Positions 57,466-64,000 of a stretch of DNA of 64,000 nt are shown one piece after another (the first letter of the stretch is position 1; every line of letters begins with the position of its first letter). The stretch is from a virus. Its lineage: Duplodnaviria > Caudoviricetes. The notes beneath the pieces are model-generated. The model had not been told where the DNA came from. It did no database searches and saw nothing but the letters and a program-made list of their open reading frames with translations. Position numbers and translations under genes: made by a program. The stretch lies in IMG/VR virus record IMGVR_UViG_3300031555_003522, positions 128,001 to 192,000 of that record; one strand, 5' to 3'.

Positions 57466-57562
57466 GAGCTGAATTATGGTGGATATTTGGTTTGGCATGG
57501 TTGAAATTTCCTTTCGTAAAATGAGTCTAGTGTCTTTTTAGGCACTAGACTCATATCTTTTT
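57466..57562 (+). ncRNA. Putative ~95-nt small RNA
   Basis: AACA TATCAT TG at 57455-57466; terminator 57521-57562; no ORF with an RBS. Confidence 0.5.
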
Positions 57563-57674
57563 ATAGACGTATATTATATTCACGAGTATATTACAAATTA
57601 ATCTAATTCTCCACAATAAAATAAATGAGAGCATTTGTAGTGTACTCATTAAAAATATTAAAGGAGAAATTGAC

Positions 57675-58442
57675 ATGAAAAAGAATCACAAATGCAAAAA
57701 TCCTAATGGATGTACTTGCGATAATAACCATGAAAATGAGGTTACTATTGTAGAAATGCATCCTGCAATTCCTACAGCCATTAATGGCGATAATAATGGC
57801 TATGATCCCAATCGTCCCTATGCTATTCCTGTAACGTGTGTTGAATGCTTTGGTGCACATTCTAATGCTCAGCCGATTTGTATACCTGATAAATATTGGG
57901 GTAATCTCGACAGCCATGTGGAATATATGGCTGGACATTTGGAAGATACAACTCGGCTAATTAGATATATGGGTAGAAGTTTTGGTGCACCAGATTCTTA
58001 TGTATGTACTAAGGATAACAAACTTGGTTATGGAGTAACTAATCCGGCTTCTGGACGTTTTATGTATGGTATGGAGTTTGGTGGTAGTGATGATACTCTT
58101 CCTGTTGATACCGTTATTACATTTACAGAAAATAATGGTTTGCGCCATGCTGCAATGAATAGTAATGATGAGATTATTGATCTCGGCCCTGTAACCAACC
58201 CTGTAGTTATTGGCCCCAGAAGCCACCCTCAGGCACTGGTAGTTCCTATGGCAAATATCTCTGCTGTTACTAAAGCTGAAGATATGCTGTATAATGCTAT
58301 TATAAACCATATTGAAGATCAGTCTGCTAATCCTTGTCCTAGAATTGAAGAAAATAAGAAATTGGAAAAGGTAGCAGATTCTAAATGCATTCATACTCTT
58401 CCTATGGTTAAGCATTTTGAAGAAGACAAATTACCTTTCTGA
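57675..58442 (+). CDS. Hypothetical Cys/His-containing early protein
   Basis: AAGGAG RBS; TATATTAT-N5-CGA at 57570; ends EEDKLPF. Confidence 0.75.
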   Translation: MKKNHKCKNPNGCTCDNNHENEVTIVEMHPAIPTAINGDNNGYDPNRPYAIPVTCVECFGAHSNAQPICIPDKYWGNLDSHVEYMAGHLEDTTRLIRYMGRSFGAPDSYVCTKDNKLGYGVTNPASGRFMYGMEFGGSDDTLPVDTVITFTENNGLRHAAMNSNDEIIDLGPVTNPVVIGPRSHPQALVVPMANISAVTKAEDMLYNAIINHIEDQSANPCPRIEENKKLEKVADSKCIHTLPMVKHFEEDKLPF

Positions 58443-58566
58443 TATAAACTATATAAGAGAGAGCTATATGGCTCTCTCTTATTTTTTTTTCTAATTGATC
58501 CTGGTTTCTATTAATTAGGCTCTAACTTATAAATAAATTAATCATAAAAGGCAGGTAAGTGTAAAT

Positions 58567-61020
58567 ATGAGAATGATTACAATCCATGATATGCAAAGAC
58601 GAATTAATGGTCTTCGCGAATTAGAATCTGAATCTACACTTTCAAATACTACCTTTATAGAAAGTGCTAATGCTCTTTCTAAATCCGGAAGATCTCAAGA
58701 TATAGTAAGACTTATAGAGAGTATGGCTAAATCTTCTTCCGACATACCATTTAGATATTATATGAAATTATACGATGCACTACTTGAGCAAGGAAGTATG
58801 AGTATTTCCAAGAAAATGGCTGGATTTGTAAATAATGAGGTTATGCCTAAGGTTAGAGATGCTATGCAGACACTACATCTTATTCATAGACGGCTTGGCA
58901 AAACCAAGTCTAAAGCTGGTAATACTTCTTATATCCATAAATCTCAAGAAAACCTACAAACCTCTATTACTTCTCCTCTCACTTCCACAGGCCAGCTATA
59001 TACTCCTCCCGGAAGTACTGTTCATGTTAGTCATCAGGCCGATGAGGTTGCAAATGAAGCATATCAAGCTATGTATGATAGCTTGTTTATTTATTCTCAT
59101 TGCGATAGAGTTCTCGAAAATTATGATAGAATTTCTAAAAGATTCAATTTAGAGATGCTCTTTAATGAGAATACTAGACAAAATGATGTTTATGATACTG
59201 TAGTAGAATTATGTGGATTTATTGATACATACAATATGCCTACAGATATTAAATTTAATACAGTAATAGAAACTGCATGGTATGGATTTGAATCCAATAC
59301 TATCGATTATGAAAGAAAAGATATTCTAGAAGCTGCTGTAGAATATTTTGCTTTTAAGGAAAATGGAATATCTGCATGTAGGGAGATTATCGAAACTACT
59401 TTATTCTTTGATAAAGATGAAGATACTAAGAATATCGATATTCTTATGGAAGAAGAACCTGAAGAGGATACTAAACCTAGTATAAGTGAATCTGTAATGA
59501 ATTATTGTATTCATATTACGGAGACTATGAATACTAAAACGGATGAAGTAGACTTTGATAAAATATTTGCAGATTTTAAGAAAAAAGAATTAAATGATGA
59601 TGCTACAAAAAACAATAAGCTTAAGAATTTGGTTACCAGATTGTATTCTAAGAATGTATCTAATATAGTTGGAGAAACACCAAAATTCTTCAGATGGATA
59701 AGATCTTTCTTTATTATAGGATCTGCAACCGTACCTGTAATAGGCCCTGTTCTTATGGCTGTAAGTTATATAGCAGATAGATGTATCACTCTAAGTCTTG
59801 AAAGAAAAGAAGTAGAACAAATGGTAATCTGTTTCAATAAAGAAATAGAAAGCTCTAAGGCTAAGCTTGCTTCCACTAAAGATGAACAAACCAGAGAAAG
59901 ACTTGAGAAATATATCGAAACTCTTACTGAAGCATCTTACAAGATTAAAAATTACTATAATGATCTATTTGATGGCAATGAAGACCATCCTGACCCTGAT
60001 GATCTTGGTACCGAGAAACAGGATGATGAGTGGTTTGTAAATGAAGCTCTTATTAATAAAATCGCTAATATGCTCGAAAAAGAATATGAGCATATTGGGG
60101 TTAAGAATAATGTACTTAATGAAGATACTATTTATAGATTGATAAGATTTGGTAAGATAGCTAATGATGATATAGTCAATATTGCTACGGCTGCTGCCAA
60201 GTTCCCCAGCGCATTCTATAAAGACACTGTAACTAAAGCAATTAGAGATTCTATTGAAGATATCGATAATGGAACAAAAGAATTTGATACTACTATAGAT
60301 AAATATATTGCTGTTGATAATCTGAATACTTCTTTTAATATATTAAAGAATACAGATCCTGTTCCTGAAACAGAAAATCTGAATGAGGCTATATTAAATG
60401 CTGAGTGTATTTTAGAAGCAAATTCTGCTATTTGTACTCTTATTAATAATATGGAAGACAATAGGGGATCTATGCTAGAGGCATCCTTCCTAAATACTCT
60501 TAGAATGGCTTCTATGAAACTTAAGAATGCCATGACAAAAGCTAATGATAGAGAAAGATCTATGTCTAAAAATCTTGATGCTGCTGTAAACAATCTTACA
60601 AAGGGAGTAGAAAGAGCTCTAACAAATGATAACAGAGAAGCTGTTGTCAAAGGAACCTTCTTACCTTCTGCATCTAAGGTTATTAAGATTTGCTTATCTA
60701 TTGCAGCTATTGGTGGATCTATAGGTTTAGCCACTGGCACTGCAGTATATGGTATTGCTGCTGCTGTTATTTCTCTTATTGGATATATTGGTTGTAGCGC
60801 TAAATTTAAAGCCAAGGAACGACAAATGGTTATCGATGAAATAGAAATAGAGTTGAAAATCTGTAAGAAATATATTGAAATTGCTGAAAGCAAGAACGAT
60901 ATGAAAGCTCTTAGAGAACTTTTATCTATTCAGAGAAATCTTGAACGTCAGCTACAACGTATTAAATATAAGATGAAGGTAAACTTTGGCCAGAAATACT
61001 ACGATTCTAAAGCAGATTGA
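58567..61020 (+). CDS. Large putative virion (inner head) protein
   Basis: 817 aa; AACT-N6-TA at 58524; many hydrophobic-x-E-[SA] sites; two hydrophobic hairpin segments. Confidence 0.7.
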   Translation: MRMITIHDMQRRINGLRELESESTLSNTTFIESANALSKSGRSQDIVRLIESMAKSSSDIPFRYYMKLYDALLEQGSMSISKKMAGFVNNEVMPKVRDAMQTLHLIHRRLGKTKSKAGNTSYIHKSQENLQTSITSPLTSTGQLYTPPGSTVHVSHQADEVANEAYQAMYDSLFIYSHCDRVLENYDRISKRFNLEMLFNENTRQNDVYDTVVELCGFIDTYNMPTDIKFNTVIETAWYGFESNTIDYERKDILEAAVEYFAFKENGISACREIIETTLFFDKDEDTKNIDILMEEEPEEDTKPSISESVMNYCIHITETMNTKTDEVDFDKIFADFKKKELNDDATKNNKLKNLVTRLYSKNVSNIVGETPKFFRWIRSFFIIGSATVPVIGPVLMAVSYIADRCITLSLERKEVEQMVICFNKEIESSKAKLASTKDEQTRERLEKYIETLTEASYKIKNYYNDLFDGNEDHPDPDDLGTEKQDDEWFVNEALINKIANMLEKEYEHIGVKNNVLNEDTIYRLIRFGKIANDDIVNIATAAAKFPSAFYKDTVTKAIRDSIEDIDNGTKEFDTTIDKYIAVDNLNTSFNILKNTDPVPETENLNEAILNAECILEANSAICTLINNMEDNRGSMLEASFLNTLRMASMKLKNAMTKANDRERSMSKNLDAAVNNLTKGVERALTNDNREAVVKGTFLPSASKVIKICLSIAAIGGSIGLATGTAVYGIAAAVISLIGYIGCSAKFKAKERQMVIDEIEIELKICKKYIEIAESKNDMKALRELLSIQRNLERQLQRIKYKMKVNFGQKYYDSKAD

Positions 61021-61109
61021 TAAATAAAATAATGGGAGAGTGACTAACTCTCCCATTTTCTTTTTGATCGTGCAACATTCAAATAATTAAAATGATAGGA
61101 GGTATTCCT

Positions 61110-61766
61110 ATGGCTGGATTCTTTGCAGCTAAATTTGGCATTTTCAGAGAAGTTGAAACCGAGCCAGATCCTAACGCACAGCAGCCTCAAGTACAGGAGC
61201 AGCAACCTGCTCAAGAGCCTGAGCAACAGCAGCAGGATCAACAGGGATTGGAACAACCTGCTGAAAATCCAGAACAGAATTCTAATCAGCAAGATCAGGG
61301 CGAACAATCTCAGAATGGTGGAGATACTCTACAGGATATAAATCCTGCTGAAGATCCCTCTACCGAGCCTGATCCTGGTCAAGATCCTCAAACTTCTGAT
61401 CAAAATCAACCTGAGGAAAAGGTTGATGAGATTAAAGAAAAAGAAGAGGAAATCTATTCAAATTTAACACCAGAGCAATTAGATATAAAGCATAAAGAGC
61501 TCAAATCTCAATTTTTAGCAATGTTTGATATGACAACTGAAATTGTACAGAGAATAAACAATATAGCTCTAGATGCAAAGGATGTTCCTGTTGTTGAATA
61601 TGTATCTAATAATTTGTCTAAATTAAGAAAAATGATTACAGATTATATGCAGTCTGTATATAAAACTAAATCTTATACTGAGAATTATATAAATTATAAT
61701 AGATTCCTTGCTACATTGAATGGAATAAGTAAAATTCTTGAAGAAATTAACAAAAACGAGGATTAA
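61110..61766 (+). CDS. Putative virion/scaffold-type protein with a Q/E/P-rich N-terminus
   Basis: ATG at 61110 after AGGAGG; AACA-N6-TA at 61074; directly upstream of the capsid gene. Confidence 0.7.
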   Translation: MAGFFAAKFGIFREVETEPDPNAQQPQVQEQQPAQEPEQQQQDQQGLEQPAENPEQNSNQQDQGEQSQNGGDTLQDINPAEDPSTEPDPGQDPQTSDQNQPEEKVDEIKEKEEEIYSNLTPEQLDIKHKELKSQFLAMFDMTTEIVQRINNIALDAKDVPVVEYVSNNLSKLRKMITDYMQSVYKTKSYTENYINYNRFLATLNGISKILEEINKNED

Positions 61767-61793
61767 TTTAGTCCTTACAATTCAAGGAATTAT

Positions 61794-61805
61794 AACATCA
61801 TGGTA
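61794..61805 (+). promoter_or_regulatory. Late-type promoter AACA-N6-TA upstream of the capsid gene
   Basis: AACA TCATGG TA. Confidence 0.7.
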
Positions 61806-61884
61806 AAATATTGTCCCTTGTGACGTATTTACAGATACAATCTCTATATTTTATTAAGCTTAGTAAGAAAGGAGCATAAATATT

Positions 61885-63672
61885 ATGCCTATTGTTGGTA
61901 ATCGCAAGTCTACTGTATCGATGGGTAATCATTATGGTTATGATGCCCTTCATGCATATGCAGAGAGCTTCCGTGAGTGCGCCAATGAGATTCGTCACGA
62001 AGGTGTTGACCTGTTCATTGAGCCTCATAAGGCCCTTATGCTGCCCGCAACCCGTAACGCTCTGAAGAACTTCTATGTCGAAAATTGCTTCGATCAGAAC
62101 GAGTTCACTAAGACCGATCCTGGCCATGCTGCCGCACTGGCCGAAGATGCTCGCCTGATGGCTGAAGCTCAGTTCGAGAACGATCTGGACGCTATCAACG
62201 AGCATACCAACCTGGCTGCCGCTAACCCTGTTATCGGTATGACCTTCCCCCTGCACAAGAATATCATGATGAACAACGTCTTCGACAAGGGTGCTATTCC
62301 CAAGTTCGTTGCACGTGAGCCCAAGTTCACCATCTCCATGGAGAAGCGCATTCTGGTTACTCCCGAGGGTGAAGAGATCGATATGTTCAAGGAACAGTAT
62401 CGGATCCGCGATGCTATCGCCGCTACCGCTCCCTATCATGTTCTTGAGCTGACCCTGCCCCAGACCGACGGCCAGACCGACGTTCTGCTGGCTTGTGGTG
62501 GTACTGATGGTGACAACCTGTCCATCGATACCTATATCTCCGCTGTTAAGGTTACTGGCGTGACCCTGGCTGCTGGCGATATCAACCCCGAAACTGGCCT
62601 GCCTGTTGATGCTGAAGGTCAGTACGACTTCTGGATGCCCGTCAACCTGAAGTTTGCCCCCTCTTATGGTGAGATCGATCGCGCTATCGTCGAAGAAGTC
62701 CAGCTGACTGCTCGCGATGCTGCTGATACCACCAAGACTGTCGTTATGAAGGACGTTATTACCGGTTACATGCGGAACAACAAGTTTATGCTGGCTGCTT
62801 CCACTGGTCTGGTTTCTGCCGTTCGTCTGAGCGCCCGTCTGGATACCTCCAGCGCTATGGTCAAGACCTGCTCTGTCCGCTGGAAGGTTAATACCGATAT
62901 CGTTGAAATCGGTTCTGCTATCCCTGTTAACACCACTGTCTCTCCCGAGGAAGTCAAGGATCTGGGTGCACTGTACAATGTTAACCAGCTGTCCAAGATT
63001 CTGTCCCTGATGAAGACTGTTCTGGGTGAGTACAAGGATGGCGAGATCAAGAAGCATCTGGATAACTCTTTCATGACTATGCCTGCTTCTAACAAGATCG
63101 CTACCACTTTCGACTTCGCTCCTCGTCAGGGCTACGCTCTGGACCACGTCGAGTGGCGTTATAAGACCTTCATGGACTTCCTGGATTCTGTCACCACTGG
63201 CATGTTCCAGGTCCTGAATGATCCCAACATGACTGTCACCATCTTTGGTGCTCCCGAGCTGGTTCGTAAGATTACTCCTACCGAGTACACCTACCAGACT
63301 CCTTCCAATATCGGTCCTGTTGAGCTGGACTTCGTTAAGACCGTCGTTACTTCCGACAAGCGCGTCTATCAGTTCATCTCTTCCGATAAGCTGCGTGGTA
63401 ACAACAATCTGATCATCGTTCTGTGCCCCCGCAATACCAACCGTATTGTTTACCGCATCTACGACTATCAGATGTACGTTTCCAACGAGATCCGTAACAT
63501 GAACAATCCTGCTCTGCCCGCTATCCATGCGTTCGAACGCTGGAAGTTCGTCGAGTATCAGCCTGTTCAGGGTCGTATCCAGATTAAGCATCCCACTGGT
63601 CTGACCGAGATCGCTCCCAATGAGGATCCCATCGGCGGTCAGTACATGAGTGACTTTAATCTGCTGAAGTAA
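61885..63672 (+). CDS. Major capsid protein precursor
   Basis: Strongest codon bias in the window; 595 aa; head-module context; possible INE cleavage site; E...DL..L and EYKD.EI resemble gp23-like capsid proteins. Confidence 0.72.
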   Translation: MPIVGNRKSTVSMGNHYGYDALHAYAESFRECANEIRHEGVDLFIEPHKALMLPATRNALKNFYVENCFDQNEFTKTDPGHAAALAEDARLMAEAQFENDLDAINEHTNLAAANPVIGMTFPLHKNIMMNNVFDKGAIPKFVAREPKFTISMEKRILVTPEGEEIDMFKEQYRIRDAIAATAPYHVLELTLPQTDGQTDVLLACGGTDGDNLSIDTYISAVKVTGVTLAAGDINPETGLPVDAEGQYDFWMPVNLKFAPSYGEIDRAIVEEVQLTARDAADTTKTVVMKDVITGYMRNNKFMLAASTGLVSAVRLSARLDTSSAMVKTCSVRWKVNTDIVEIGSAIPVNTTVSPEEVKDLGALYNVNQLSKILSLMKTVLGEYKDGEIKKHLDNSFMTMPASNKIATTFDFAPRQGYALDHVEWRYKTFMDFLDSVTTGMFQVLNDPNMTVTIFGAPELVRKITPTEYTYQTPSNIGPVELDFVKTVVTSDKRVYQFISSDKLRGNNNLIIVLCPRNTNRIVYRIYDYQMYVSNEIRNMNNPALPAIHAFERWKFVEYQPVQGRIQIKHPTGLTEIAPNEDPIGGQYMSDFNLLK

Positions 63673-63691
63673 TTCCTTCTGTGTAAATAAC

Positions 63692-63727
63692 GAGGAGAGC
63701 TCTACTTGGAGCTCTCCTCAATCTTTT
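63692..63727 (+). terminator. Intrinsic terminator
   Basis: gaggagagctc / gagctctcctc. Confidence 0.8.
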
Positions 63728-63781
63728 ATACTTCCAACTATTAAGTAAGATTTTAAAACTCTTAATGGAGGGATATTTATA

Positions 63782-64000
63782 ATGGAAAAGATCCTTTATG
63801 ATTTCAGTGGTTTTACTGAAGCTTTAACAAATATGATCACATCTGGTACAGCAACCAGCGAGAATCTTGCTATGTTAAAGAATGAATTAAACAAATTCTT
63901 TAAAGATTCTACTTGTAAAGAAGTTCTCTTTACCACAAATACAGACAAAATGTTCTTCGGCATCAAACTCATTCCTGTTATCGATGCTGATGATATTTAT
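63782..64000 (+). CDS. Hypothetical protein (3' truncated)
   Basis: GGAGG RBS; open to the window end (MEKILYDFSG...); AACT-N6-TA at 63736. Confidence 0.7.
   Translation, partial: MEKILYDFSGFTEALTNMITSGTATSENLAMLKNELNKFFKDSTCKEVLFTTNTDKMFFGIKLIPVIDADDIY

Noticed and set aside
61798-63591. 597-aa - strand ORF (also 45625..47283)
   Set aside because: Antisense shadow of the capsid gene (and of the 45646 gene) caused by codon bias.
1-64000. tRNA, rRNA, inteins, reverse transcriptase/DGR, nuclear-shell or tubulin genes
   Set aside because: I recognised no cloverleaf, intein splice motifs, RT motifs or tubulin signature; distant homologues among the hypothetical proteins cannot be excluded without a search.

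Overview
The window is a 64-kb piece of an AT-rich jumbo myophage of the Bacillus AR9/PBS1 and phiKZ-related type, probably infecting a Firmicute (strong AAGGAG(G) ribosome-binding sites). It encodes split multisubunit RNA polymerase subunits (beta N and C parts, two beta'-like C parts), an NAD-dependent ligase, SbcC/Rad50, an SF2 helicase, a family-B DNA polymerase split over two genes, terminase, portal, prohead protease, major capsid, sheath, tube and fibre-like proteins. Seven group I introns could be delimited by hand: 1 in polB-N, 5 in polB-C and 1 in terL. Together they interrupt polymerase motifs A, B and C, and motif B is rebuilt from 13-nt and 7-nt micro-exons. One intron carries an HNH endonuclease and another carries an ORF with no endonuclease motif. 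Two phage promoter classes are visible: TATATTAT-N5-TGA (early-like) and AAC[A/T]-N6-T[A/G] (AR9 late-like). The best candidates for something undescribed are (i) ORF-less late-promoter small RNAs carrying anti-SD/anti-AUG tracts complementary to the start regions of early genes, and (ii) a recurrent [EQNS]PIxF peptide in the tails of replication and transcription enzymes. All calls come from motif reading by eye; no database searches or folding programs were run.
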